Origin: Fidelibacterota bacterium
GTDB taxonomy: Bacteria; Fidelibacterota; Marinisomatia; Marinisomatales; TCS55
Reading direction: 5' to 3'
NCBI GenBank assembly: GCA_034658595.1
Contig: JAYEFG010000010.1
Span: 353-64,352, forward strand
Length of the DNA stretch: 64,000 nucleotides
Part shown: in pieces, positions 38,187 to 48,087 of the stretch
How positions within the stretch are numbered: the first letter of the stretch is position 1
How the letters are laid out: every line of letters starts with the position of its first letter
Program-made: the position numbers and the translations under genes
Notes under the pieces: generated by a model
The model's input: the letters and a program-made list of their open reading frames with translations, nothing else
What the model was told of the DNA's origin: nothing
Databases searched by the model: none

Positions 38187-38801
38187 ATGAACATTAATAA
38201 AGCATTAAACCACCTTCGAAAAGTTGACCTCAGAATGGGGCGGTTGATCGATGAATTCGGTCCACCAAATTTCAACCCAATCGATAGTTATTACGAATCT
38301 TTAGTGCGCTCTATTGTGTATCAGCAACTCAGCGGTAAGGCCGCCGCCATCATTTACGGCCGGTTCAAAGATTTGTTCAAAACTGAATCCTATCCCCAAC
38401 CAAAAGATGTTTTAGAAAGCCCGCATGAGGTGCTGCGGTCTGCAGGACTCTCTAACCGGAAAGCCACATATATCCGGGATTTATCTGAAAAATGGTACAG
38501 AGGAGAGGTGAATCTGGCTAATATAGATTCGATGTCGGACGAAGAGATTAGCACCGAATTGATCAAAGTGAAGGGCATCGGTCAGTGGACAGCTGATATG
38601 TTTCTCATGTTCACCCTCGTCCGCCCAGATGTATTTCCTTTTGGAGACTTAGGTATTCAAAAAGGATTTATGGGACTCAACAAAATGGATCGTTTGCCTA
38701 CACCCAAAGAAATGGAGATGGAGGCTGACATGTGGCGACCATACCGCACCATCGCCGCTTGGTATCTATGGAAAATCGTAGATGGGCCTTTTGTGTGGTA
38801 A
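38187..38801 (+). CDS. DNA-3-methyladenine glycosylase II-like (HhH-GPD superfamily)
   Basis: HhH motif VKGIGQWTADMFLMF, then the FPFGDLG catalytic Asp region. Start chosen at ATG 38187 (MNINKALNHL...), not the TTG at 38121 inside the REP-like hairpin. Confidence 0.8.
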   Translation: MNINKALNHLRKVDLRMGRLIDEFGPPNFNPIDSYYESLVRSIVYQQLSGKAAAIIYGRFKDLFKTESYPQPKDVLESPHEVLRSAGLSNRKATYIRDLSEKWYRGEVNLANIDSMSDEEISTELIKVKGIGQWTADMFLMFTLVRPDVFPFGDLGIQKGFMGLNKMDRLPTPKEMEMEADMWRPYRTIAAWYLWKIVDGPFVW

Positions 38802-38804
38802 CCG

Positions 38805-39167
38805 CTAGTGTTTCTTATCCCCTTTTTGTTCAGCCTTTATTGAAGGATCCGTTTGATATTTTACACCTATCGGGTTCATTATCTCTTCCGGATTGATTAA
38901 TTCTAAATGTTTACTCGAATCTGATTTGATTGACTTTTCAAGATCATTTTGATTGGGCGCATTGATCACCATTATAAGAACGGGGGATATATTTACAATT
39001 TCCACTTTATTATGACTATTGCAATGTCCCATAAAAGCATTTTCCAATTGTGAACCGAACTGTTGAGTTAAACTCAAGTACTGTACAGAATCATTTGAGG
39101 TGAAATGGTGATAATTTCCATTCAAGTCCTGAGCCCAAATTTCCATGGGATTTTCTCTATACATCAT
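38805..39167 (-). CDS. hypothetical protein, probably the mature part of a frameshift-split lipoprotein
   Basis: 120-aa ORF with no signal peptide of its own. A 37-aa lipoprotein-signal ORF (39164-39277) ends at its start codon in another frame, across an A7 run (see finding). Confidence 0.5.
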   Translation of the reverse strand: MMYRENPMEIWAQDLNGNYHHFTSNDSVQYLSLTQQFGSQLENAFMGHCNSHNKVEIVNISPVLIMVINAPNQNDLEKSIKSDSSKHLELINPEEIMNPIGVKYQTDPSIKAEQKGDKKH

Positions 39168-39399
39168 TTGGTTTTTTTAATAGTCAGGTCTAAGGGAAGA
39201 ATCATACTTTGAGAAATGCACCCGTACGCAATCGACAAAATAATCAGTGTATAAAATGGGTTTTTGTAAATTTTCATTTCATATGTCTGAAAAAATCTAC
39301 ATAAACTTACATGTTAAATTTATTGGAACCAAATCACTCAGAGAATTCAGGCCCATTTATTAATTTCCCGCCCCCTCTCAACACAACGATACTACTTTA

Positions 39400-40029
39400 A
39401 TGATTAAAAATATTTTCTTCGATATTGGTAATGTACTCATCCACATTCATCCCGACCGATGTGTCCAGTACTGGGCCGATAGCACCGATTTACCAATAGA
39501 CGTCATCAAAGATGCCTTTCCCCTTGAAGTGCATTATGCCTATGAAAGGGGAGAAATTTCCGGACATGAGTTCTTTTTATCTTTTCGCGATGGACTGCCC
39601 CAGCCATGTTGTTTAAAAGAATCGGATTTCTGGCGGGGGTGGACAACATTGTTGAGAAAAGAAACGCCAGTAGTGCCATTGCTCAAAACACTTTCAGCAA
39701 ATTACAATATTTGGCTCCTGTCCAATACCAATCCTCGGCATATAAAAGATGAACTTGATTTACGGTTCTCATTTTTAAACTATATCGATGGCGGTATTTA
39801 TTCTTTTGACGCGGGCATAAGAAAACCAGATTCCGCTATTTATGAATATGCCCTGGAAAAATCTGGAGCAAAAGCGAATGAGTCTGTCTTTATTGATGAT
39901 CTAATAGATAATATTAAAGCAGCCCAAAAACAGGGATTCCTCGGGATTCATTACGTGGGAGAGGATCAATTGTTAGAGGATTTGAACAACTTGGGAATTG
40001 AAATTGACAAGATGGCAGCATTAGTATGA
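39400..40029 (+). CDS. HAD family hydrolase, subfamily IA (YihX-like phosphatase)
   Basis: Motif I IFFDIGNVL, motif II LLSNTN, motif IV FIDD. Confidence 0.8.
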   Translation: MIKNIFFDIGNVLIHIHPDRCVQYWADSTDLPIDVIKDAFPLEVHYAYERGEISGHEFFLSFRDGLPQPCCLKESDFWRGWTTLLRKETPVVPLLKTLSANYNIWLLSNTNPRHIKDELDLRFSFLNYIDGGIYSFDAGIRKPDSAIYEYALEKSGAKANESVFIDDLIDNIKAAQKQGFLGIHYVGEDQLLEDLNNLGIEIDKMAALV

Positions 40030-42152
40030 GAAAAAAATATTATTGGTTAATTGGCCTGTTGTTAATTGCCATGATTACTGGAGGAAAAAATTATATACCC
40101 TTATTTAATGAACCGATTGCATTGGATTCATTCTCAGATTATGATGTAACCATTTACCGCGATACCTGGGGCGTCCCCCACATCTTTGGTGAAAAGGATA
40201 AGGATACGGCTTACGGTTTGGGTTACGCCCATTCTGAGGATGACTTCAAAACGATCCAGGATATTCTCCTGGCCCTTCGCGGTAAAATGGCTACCGTTCA
40301 CGGTAAAGACGCCGCTGCCAATGATTATATGGTACAGCTCCTGCGAATTTGGGATGTGGTTGAAAACAATTATGATTACCAATTATCTGATGATGTAAAA
40401 GCAGTTTGTGAAAGTTATGCGGATGGTGTGAATCACTATGCCGCCCGCCATCCCGATGAAGTCGCCCGGGGATTATTCCCTGTTTCCGGCAAGGATATAG
40501 TGGCGGGCTTCGTCCACCGCACACCACTCATGTTTGGTTTAGACAATGTTTTGGGAAAACTGGCATCTGAGGAAAAACCGGATTTTTCTTTTAATCCCGA
40601 GATGCATGAATGGAGCCCTTTCGATCAAACACTGCTGGGATCCAATGTGGTTGCCGTGGCACCGAGCCGCTCGGCGGACAAACACACCCGCATTGCCATA
40701 AACTCCCACCAGCCATGGACGGGCCCCGTAGCTTGGTACGAAGCACACCTCCACAGTGAAGAAGGGTGGAATATTAACGGGGGACTCTTCCCCGGATCCC
40801 CGGTGATTTTTGTTGGTCATAATGAGAACATTGGCTGGAGCCATACTGTGAATAAACCGGATTTGATTGATGTATATGAATTGGAAATTCACCCGGAAGA
40901 TGAAAATCAATATTTTATTCATGGAAAGTGGGAAGAATTGGAAGTCCGGGAAGCACCTATCACTGTAAAATTGTGGGGCCCCTTTAAATGGACATTCAGG
41001 CGCCAGACACTTTGGTCTGTACATGGCCCCGTTATTCGGAACCCCCATGGCACCTATGCCGTTCGCTTTGTGGGTTTCGGGGAAGTTCGCCACGTGGAAC
41101 AATGGTTCCGCATGAACAAATCACGCAATTTAGAGGAATTCGGCAAAGCCATGAGCATGCAGGCGTTACCTATGTTCAACACAGGTTATGCTGATAAAAA
41201 TGGTAATTTGTATTATGTTTATAATGCATTAATGCCTATCCGTGGGAGTGATAATTATGATTGGGAAGGGATCGTTCCCGGGAATACGGCCTATTCTTTA
41301 TGGCGGGGATATTTTGGATTTGATGACCTGCCCCATGTGGTGAATCCCCAATCGGGATTTATCCAAAACTGTAACAGTACCCCTTTCTTAGCTTCCATCG
41401 GAATGGATAATCCTGATGGCTCATTCTATCCACGTAATTTAGGGATTGAAATGTTCCAGACGAACAGGGCGTTACGGGCCCACGAGACCTTTGGCACGGA
41501 TAAATCAATCACACGGGAAGAGTTTTATGCGTATAAGTTTGATACGAAATATTCTAAAAAATCCGTCATGGCTGTGAATCTGAAAAAGTTTTTGAGTGAA
41601 GCCTCAACGAAAGATCCGGATGTAATAAAAGCGCTGGATATGCTTAAATCCTGGGACTTGGATACAGACAGTACCAGTACGGCCACCTATTTAGCCATAA
41701 GTGCCATTCGTCCACATTTTAATCCGGCGGATTACACCTATGATTATGCAAAAATTATGAAACGATTAAAAAGTGCCATAAACCGATCAAAGGATCTTTA
41801 TGGCAAAATTGAAATAAAATGGGGAGATATCCAGCGAATGAAACGGGGAAAAACAGACCTTCCCTTAAGCGGCGGACCGGACATTTTGCGGGCCATTTAT
41901 TCCAGGGAGAAAAATGGTGTGCGTGAAGGCAGGGCCGGCGATTGTTATTTTGAAATTGTGGAATGGGACCCGGATGGAAATGTGTCGGCCCAGAGTATTC
42001 ACCAGTTTGGTTCAGCCACCCAGGATTCTAGTTCTGTACACTATGATGACCAGGCAAAGCTCTTTGCAACCCACAAAATGAAACCCGTATGGATGAACCT
42101 GGACGATATTAAATTGAACCTTGAAAAGGTCTACCGTCCCGGCGAAGAATAA
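40026..42152 (+). CDS. penicillin acylase family Ntn hydrolase (acyl-homoserine-lactone acylase-like)
   Basis: N-terminal alpha-chain motifs (RDTWGVPHIFG, GLGYAHSEDD) and a LLGSNVVAV autoprocessing/nucleophile Ser site. 708 aa. 4-nt overlap with the HAD gene. Confidence 0.85.
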   Translation: MRKKYYWLIGLLLIAMITGGKNYIPLFNEPIALDSFSDYDVTIYRDTWGVPHIFGEKDKDTAYGLGYAHSEDDFKTIQDILLALRGKMATVHGKDAAANDYMVQLLRIWDVVENNYDYQLSDDVKAVCESYADGVNHYAARHPDEVARGLFPVSGKDIVAGFVHRTPLMFGLDNVLGKLASEEKPDFSFNPEMHEWSPFDQTLLGSNVVAVAPSRSADKHTRIAINSHQPWTGPVAWYEAHLHSEEGWNINGGLFPGSPVIFVGHNENIGWSHTVNKPDLIDVYELEIHPEDENQYFIHGKWEELEVREAPITVKLWGPFKWTFRRQTLWSVHGPVIRNPHGTYAVRFVGFGEVRHVEQWFRMNKSRNLEEFGKAMSMQALPMFNTGYADKNGNLYYVYNALMPIRGSDNYDWEGIVPGNTAYSLWRGYFGFDDLPHVVNPQSGFIQNCNSTPFLASIGMDNPDGSFYPRNLGIEMFQTNRALRAHETFGTDKSITREEFYAYKFDTKYSKKSVMAVNLKKFLSEASTKDPDVIKALDMLKSWDLDTDSTSTATYLAISAIRPHFNPADYTYDYAKIMKRLKSAINRSKDLYGKIEIKWGDIQRMKRGKTDLPLSGGPDILRAIYSREKNGVREGRAGDCYFEIVEWDPDGNVSAQSIHQFGSATQDSSSVHYDDQAKLFATHKMKPVWMNLDDIKLNLEKVYRPGEE

Positions 42153-42171
42153 CTTGATTTAGGAGAGCATC

Positions 42172-44145
42172 ATGAAACGCATATTCATAACAATTATTAT
42201 ATTAACGTCCTTGATTTGGGCCGCCCGCCCAATCACGGCAGAAGATATTGTCAACCTTCGCTATGTCACCCAAGCTGCAATTGATCCCAGTGGAAAATAT
42301 ATCGCTTATGTAAAAATTATTCCCCGCGGTGCAGACGAAAAGCGGGGCGGCAGTTACCGCGAAATTTGGGTCACCAGCGCCAAAGGATCAGACCAACGGC
42401 AATATACTTTTTCACCAGTGAATAGCTGGTCTCCCCAATGGACACCCGAAGGGAATCTTTCTTTTTTATCCCGTCGCAAAGACCACAATGCTTCCACCCA
42501 AATTTATATTCTGCCCTTCAAGGGCGGTGAAGCAAAATTATTAACAAATCATAAAACAGGGGTTGGGTCGTACCGGTGGTCCCCGGATGGGAAATGGATT
42601 GCCTTTACCTCCCGTGATGAAAAATCAGCAGAAAAGAAAAAAGCGGAAAAAGACGGTTACGACATGATTGTCATGGATCAAGATCATATTTATAATCGTT
42701 TGTGGATCTATAATATAAAAACTGGAACTTACCAGAAGGTATTCAAGAAAGATTTGAATATGGCCAGTTTTGTTTGGGCACCGGACAGTAAATCAATCAT
42801 CTTCCAGGCGACAGATAAAACAGGGGCCGACAGGGATTTACTGGAGCGCTCTATTTACCGCGTGAAGGCGCCCAGCGGGAACCCCAAAAAAGTTCTGGAA
42901 ACACCGGGGAAACTGGGCAATATGGCCCTATCGCCAAACAGTGAAAATCTGGCTTTCTTAGGTGCCACCAGTTATAATGATCCCCTGTCCCAAAGTATTT
43001 ACATTGTACCCATAAAAGGGGGCAAAGCCAATTTATTAACACCGGATTTCAAGGAATCCTTTGTTGCCATAGATTGGGTGGACGATAATACGGTATTGGG
43101 AAAATCCTATCGCGGAACTAAAACAGTTCTTTCCACCATTGATACAAAAGGCAAATCTCAAGAAGGTGTGGCCAACCAAACTGATGTACTGGCTCCGGAT
43201 GAAATTCTGTCATCTGTTTCTTACCACAAACCATCGGGGAAACTGGTCATTACGGCCAGTTCTCATTCTCATCCAAATGAACTGTATGTGGGGTCGTTAG
43301 GATCGAGTGAAATCAAGCGGTTGACGAAGACTAACCCCAAAATCAATCAAATAGATTTAGCCAAACAGGAAACCATTTCATGGATTGGCCCTGGTGGATT
43401 GGGAATTGAAGGTGTCTTAACCTATCCACTGAAGTATAGGAAGGGGAAAAAATACCCACTTATTTTGCAGATTCATGGCGGTCCGGAAGGCACCAGTTTG
43501 GATGGTTGGAATACGCGTGCCACTTACCCGGTTCAGCTTTTGGCGGCGGAAGGGTTTGTGGTTCTTGAACCGAACTACCGCGGCAGTGGCGGCAAGGGTG
43601 TCGCTTTTTCTAAAGCAGATCATGACGATTTAGGCGGGCTGGAATATGAAGATGTTTTGGCAGGCATTGACCATCTTGTTGCGGTGGGCATTGTAGATAA
43701 TGATAAAGTGGGCACCGGAGGTTGGTCTTACGGCGGCTATTTTTCTGCTTGGGGGGCCACCAAATATACAGATCGATTTAAGGCCTCTATGGTTGGGGCA
43801 GGACTTACCAATATGATCAGTTTTACAGGAACCACCGATATTCCCTATGAAATGTCCATTGTGCATTGGAATCAGTGGTGGTTTGATAATCCCGAGTTCC
43901 ATTGGGAACGATCGCCTCTTTCCCATATTAATACGGCTAAAACGCCAACCTTAATTATCCACGGACTGAAAGATGACCGCGTCCATCCTGAACAGAGTTT
44001 GGAATTGTGGCAGGGCCTTAAGATCAAAGGTGTGGATACGGAATTGGTTTTATATCCACGGGAGCCCCATGGGTTGATCGAACGCGTCCATAAGCTGGAT
44101 TATATGGAACGGCTTGTTGGCTGGTATAAAAAATACGTGAAATAG
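42172..44145 (+). CDS. S9 family serine peptidase (beta-propeller plus alpha/beta hydrolase)
   Basis: GGWSYGGY (GxSxGG) with downstream GLKDDRV and EPHGL triad elements. N-terminal WD40-like/TolB-like repeats. Confidence 0.9.
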   Translation: MKRIFITIIILTSLIWAARPITAEDIVNLRYVTQAAIDPSGKYIAYVKIIPRGADEKRGGSYREIWVTSAKGSDQRQYTFSPVNSWSPQWTPEGNLSFLSRRKDHNASTQIYILPFKGGEAKLLTNHKTGVGSYRWSPDGKWIAFTSRDEKSAEKKKAEKDGYDMIVMDQDHIYNRLWIYNIKTGTYQKVFKKDLNMASFVWAPDSKSIIFQATDKTGADRDLLERSIYRVKAPSGNPKKVLETPGKLGNMALSPNSENLAFLGATSYNDPLSQSIYIVPIKGGKANLLTPDFKESFVAIDWVDDNTVLGKSYRGTKTVLSTIDTKGKSQEGVANQTDVLAPDEILSSVSYHKPSGKLVITASSHSHPNELYVGSLGSSEIKRLTKTNPKINQIDLAKQETISWIGPGGLGIEGVLTYPLKYRKGKKYPLILQIHGGPEGTSLDGWNTRATYPVQLLAAEGFVVLEPNYRGSGGKGVAFSKADHDDLGGLEYEDVLAGIDHLVAVGIVDNDKVGTGGWSYGGYFSAWGATKYTDRFKASMVGAGLTNMISFTGTTDIPYEMSIVHWNQWWFDNPEFHWERSPLSHINTAKTPTLIIHGLKDDRVHPEQSLELWQGLKIKGVDTELVLYPREPHGLIERVHKLDYMERLVGWYKKYVK

Positions 44146-44152
44146 GAACAGG

Positions 44153-45124
44153 ATGAAAATGAAATTTTTTATTACCATTATTTTTTCACTTCAATTCGTA
44201 GTAGCGGGGGAGGTTCAACCTATCGAAATACCATTAAAAGGAGAAGCGGCGGAACGGAGCCTGGAAATGTCCGGCTTGGCATGGTATGGGGACCACCTTA
44301 TTCTTATGCCTCAATATGTTAATAAGGAAGCACCGGGATTTTATTTTCTTGAAAAAGAACAAATCAACACTTGGCTTGCTGGTGATAGGTCTGATGCGCT
44401 GACTCCAAAAAAGATAGACTTAATTCTTCCCAAATATGATGATAGGATTGGGGGCTATCAAGGGTTTGAAGCAGTTTGCTTCAGTGGGAATAACGCATAT
44501 CTGGTGATGGAGTCAAAACACGATGGTGTGATGCATAGTTTTCTTGTTTCTGGTAAAATGGATTTAAAGAAGAAGACATTGACCATTGATCCGGAAAAAT
44601 TGGTGACGATGACATTGCCGGTGAATATTAAAAATATGGGTTTTGAGAGTATTCTGAAATATAAATATAGACTGATGATTTTATTTGAAGCAAACGGTGC
44701 CAATGTTTATCCTGACGCGACTGCGGAATTTTACACAACTTCATTGAAACATAAAGCATCGTTGCCATTCCCCAACATAGAATACCGTGTCACAGATGTA
44801 ACCGAAGTGGATGGCCGGGGTAGATTCTGGGCCTTGAATTATTTTTGGCCGGGAGAAAAGAAAAGGCTTCTTCCTGCAGAAGATATGATTTTAAAGGGTT
44901 TTGTAAAAGGGTCGACTCATGAGCAATATGAGCATGTGGAACGGCTGGTGGAATATAAAATTAAATCAAAAGAAATTGTCCGAACAGACACAGCTCCGAT
45001 TCAACTGGTGATGGAAGAAAAATCCCGTAACTGGGAGGGCTTAGCCCGGCTGGATAAAAAAGGATTCCTCATGATTGTGGATGAACATCCCCGGACGATC
45101 CTGGCATTTGTGCCAAATAAATAA
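44153..45124 (+). CDS. secreted hypothetical protein
   Basis: 323-aa ORF with a signal peptide (MKFFITIIFSLQFVVA). Family not recognised; a faint phytase-like/esterase-like impression only. Confidence 0.45.
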   Translation: MKMKFFITIIFSLQFVVAGEVQPIEIPLKGEAAERSLEMSGLAWYGDHLILMPQYVNKEAPGFYFLEKEQINTWLAGDRSDALTPKKIDLILPKYDDRIGGYQGFEAVCFSGNNAYLVMESKHDGVMHSFLVSGKMDLKKKTLTIDPEKLVTMTLPVNIKNMGFESILKYKYRLMILFEANGANVYPDATAEFYTTSLKHKASLPFPNIEYRVTDVTEVDGRGRFWALNYFWPGEKKRLLPAEDMILKGFVKGSTHEQYEHVERLVEYKIKSKEIVRTDTAPIQLVMEEKSRNWEGLARLDKKGFLMIVDEHPRTILAFVPNK

Positions 45125-45201
45125 AATTTGAGAAAGAGCATCATATAAAAGATAATCGGCAGATATTTGAAATTGTCGGTTTTATTAGCATAGTCGTTTC
45201 C

Positions 45202-46620
45202 CTAAAAAGTCAAGTAACGTATACCAAGCGTAATGTATAATCCTGAAGGTCGAAGTGTCGGAGAAGGGCCGAATTTATTTTTCCAAATTGCTGATTTATA
45301 TTCAACTTTATTTCCCCCACCTTCCCTATAACCCCAGCCGCCCGTTATAGAAGTAAAAGTATATTCCATACCGAGAATCCAATCCTTATGAGAGCCAGTC
45401 ATGAAATTCGTCTCAGCGCCTACTTTTGCGCCACCATAAAAAGCAGAGACTGAATGATTATCATCATCCTGCCGAAAAACGGCACTGGCATTTAAATTTA
45501 GTGTACCACCCAAAGAAAAAGCGGGGGTGTGGATTAAATTGACCGTAACGCCAAATGGAACGCCGATAAAAAAATCATAATTGTTACGGTTGTCCAACGC
45601 TGATCCTAAGTGAAACCCGAGTTTGAAATTTGTTTTATTAAATGGATCGAAATTGACACCGCCGCTAAAATTAAAATCTTTCTGATCTAATCCATAGGAA
45701 CCAGTCATATAAAAAGCAGGAATAAAATGGGTTTTTTCTGTGGCGCGATAACCTTCATTTATTTTGCCCCAGCGACGTACGATTTGGCTGCGGTTGGCAT
45801 CACCACTTATTTCCTGCACACGGACGAGAGCTACAGATCTGCCGGGGACAGCAATTTCATGATTACCGAATTTCTTCATTTCATCCAAAGAAGATATTTC
45901 GAAAATAGTACCTTTTCTAACACCAATTTCATTTCCCAAAACTAGCATCACATCTTTCCGGTTCACCTCCAAAACCTGGCTGGTGAGTTTATACATCTGG
46001 CGTAGTTTAATAGAAAGTTTACGCTGCGCCTGAAGAAGAACCATTTTTAATGATTTTCCCCTGCCCCCACCCGTATACTCTGCAGAGATATAATGGGAAT
46101 CCAGAGTTTGGCCAGTTTCTACGTCAATTGTTTTTACCGAAAAAGATAAAACAGTCTGAATATTATTGGCATGAGGTTGGCCATCTTCCTTTTTTGATGA
46201 AGCCTTTAAGATGGCTACAACTACATCAAAAAAATTGGTTTCCTTTTTCTTAACAGGCACTATCCCTCGTTGGTCGAACTGGATAAGTTTAACCAACATA
46301 GCTTCTTTTGCCCCGGCAATTTGACCGAATGAAATAATGGAGGAATCATTGATTATCCCAGCCTGGAAAAGGGCTTGTTCCTCAAAAATCTTTTTTAGGT
46401 CTTGCCGATTGAAGACTTCGTAGCGACCCAATTGTGTCGCCTCAGCAGATACAATTTCTACCAGTTGATATTGAATGGATGATGCATCTTTACCTTTTTC
46501 TGAAGGTAGAATAATTAGACTTTGTTTTTTGTCTGTAACATCAGGTTTGATTTCCTGAGCCATTACAAAAACGGAGTATAACAAAAAATGTGTTATAAAT
46601 ATTCTTAGTGGAAAAATCAA
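45202..46620 (-). CDS. outer-membrane protein: CsgG/FlgO-like periplasmic domain fused to a C-terminal beta-barrel
   Basis: Signal peptide, and an N-domain with the FNRQDLKKIFEEQALFQAG block (same R..I.EEQ.L.QAG pattern as ORF 59228-59956). C-terminal Gly/aromatic-rich strands ending ...GIRYLTF. Confidence 0.45.
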   Translation of the reverse strand: MIFPLRIFITHFLLYSVFVMAQEIKPDVTDKKQSLIILPSEKGKDASSIQYQLVEIVSAEATQLGRYEVFNRQDLKKIFEEQALFQAGIINDSSIISFGQIAGAKEAMLVKLIQFDQRGIVPVKKKETNFFDVVVAILKASSKKEDGQPHANNIQTVLSFSVKTIDVETGQTLDSHYISAEYTGGGRGKSLKMVLLQAQRKLSIKLRQMYKLTSQVLEVNRKDVMLVLGNEIGVRKGTIFEISSLDEMKKFGNHEIAVPGRSVALVRVQEISGDANRSQIVRRWGKINEGYRATEKTHFIPAFYMTGSYGLDQKDFNFSGGVNFDPFNKTNFKLGFHLGSALDNRNNYDFFIGVPFGVTVNLIHTPAFSLGGTLNLNASAVFRQDDDNHSVSAFYGGAKVGAETNFMTGSHKDWILGMEYTFTSITGGWGYREGGGNKVEYKSAIWKNKFGPSPTLRPSGLYITLGIRYLTF

Positions 46621-46624
46621 TTTT

Positions 46625-47329
46625 TCAAAATGCCCATTTCAGATTGCCTTGCCAACCAAGGGCGAAGATGAGGGAGGATGCATCCGTTAATGATTTATTC
46701 GAGTAATCCTCCATTTCATAATTCACATTTATTGATAATCCGTTCTTGATGGGGATGATCAATTCCAGCAGATACTGAATGCGGGAAAGATCATTTTCAA
46801 TTACCTCACTGATCTGTTTAAAATATTCCAATTCTAATTTGGTAGAAAATCGATCAGAATCATGATCCCAGAATAACCCCGTTTTTATATAGGACGTCTT
46901 TCGGGTCTCATTTAAATAATCTGACATATCGAATGCATGGCCCAGTTCCGCGTTGATCAATCCATTATTATATTGACTGAGAAACATTCCGAATCCCTGA
47001 TTAAAATGGTATTGAAGGGCCACATTGGCCCGTGTATTTTTCCGATAAGATGTAATGGTGTAGCGATAAAAGCGAGGCCGAGTGGCGTATTTATCACTGG
47101 ATTTGTAACGGATGTAAATAAAAGAATCCTCTTTCAGTCCATATGCAAAGAGTCGAAGATCACGGAATGTATTTTCGGATTGGCGGTTTATTCGGTAATA
47201 ACCAAATCCCCCATTAGAAGTGTCGGCACTAACAATACCGCCCCGCCCATAGTGCTTCCAGCGGATTGAATCCTGCTGGGCGGATATCCAAGCGGGGCCC
47301 AATAAAAATGCAATGAGGCCATACCTCAT
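46625..47329 (-). CDS. outer-membrane beta-barrel protein (DUF481-like suspected)
   Basis: Signal peptide (MRYGLIAFLLGPAWISAQ), alternating strands, C-terminal ...GNLKWAF. Confidence 0.45.
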   Translation of the reverse strand: MRYGLIAFLLGPAWISAQQDSIRWKHYGRGGIVSADTSNGGFGYYRINRQSENTFRDLRLFAYGLKEDSFIYIRYKSSDKYATRPRFYRYTITSYRKNTRANVALQYHFNQGFGMFLSQYNNGLINAELGHAFDMSDYLNETRKTSYIKTGLFWDHDSDRFSTKLELEYFKQISEVIENDLSRIQYLLELIIPIKNGLSINVNYEMEDYSNKSLTDASSLIFALGWQGNLKWAF

Positions 47330-48087
47330 TGCTTGATCTTTTTGCCGTTTTCCATGAGCATAATGGCTGTTAACGTAAAGCCGATTGTCATAAAAACAGC
47401 CACCACCAGACTGGTGTTGGGTGCCGAGTCTGATATCCCTAAAATGGTGTACCGAAGTCCATTGATCATGTAATAGATAGGATTAAAGAAACTGGCTTCC
47501 TGTGCCCAGTCCGGGAGCATTTTGATTGAATAAAAAATTCCCCCAAGGAAACTGAGTGGTGTGAGGAAAAAATTTTGCATGGTAGCCAACTGGTCCCATG
47601 TTTCAGCCATTTGCCCCAGCAAAAGTCCAACACTTGAAAATGCCCAGGAAACGAGCATAATAAATCCAATGGTAGCCACCGGGTCCAAGACCGGCATTCC
47701 GCTTAAGCCCACACCTACCAGTAAGATCAATATGCCATTCACCGTCCCCCGAACCATTCCACCGATAATGTATGCCAGGGATATTTCAAAACTGGATAAA
47801 GGCGCTTGAAGTAAGTCCGGCAATTGGCCCAGCAATTTCATTTGAAGCATGGATGAGGCAGAGTTGGATGTGGCATTGGTGAGTGTATTCATCATGATTA
47901 ATCCTGGGATGATGAACAGGGTGTAAGGTACACCGTCAATTTCAGATATGCGCCTTTCCAGCGTAAATCCGAAAATTAGGATATACAAGACAGAAGAAGT
48001 GAGTCCCGGAATAATTGTCTGGCGATATACCGAAAAGAATCGCCCAACTTCACGAGAAGTGAGTGTCCATAGCCCCACCCAATTCAT
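47326..48087 (-). CDS. ABC-2 type transporter permease (YadH-like)
   Basis: 253 aa with about 6 TM helices. 4-nt overlaps with the ATPase upstream and the barrel gene downstream. Confidence 0.85.
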   Translation of the reverse strand: MNWVGLWTLTSREVGRFFSVYRQTIIPGLTSSVLYILIFGFTLERRISEIDGVPYTLFIIPGLIMMNTLTNATSNSASSMLQMKLLGQLPDLLQAPLSSFEISLAYIIGGMVRGTVNGILILLVGVGLSGMPVLDPVATIGFIMLVSWAFSSVGLLLGQMAETWDQLATMQNFFLTPLSFLGGIFYSIKMLPDWAQEASFFNPIYYMINGLRYTILGISDSAPNTSLVVAVFMTIGFTLTAIMLMENGKKIKQ

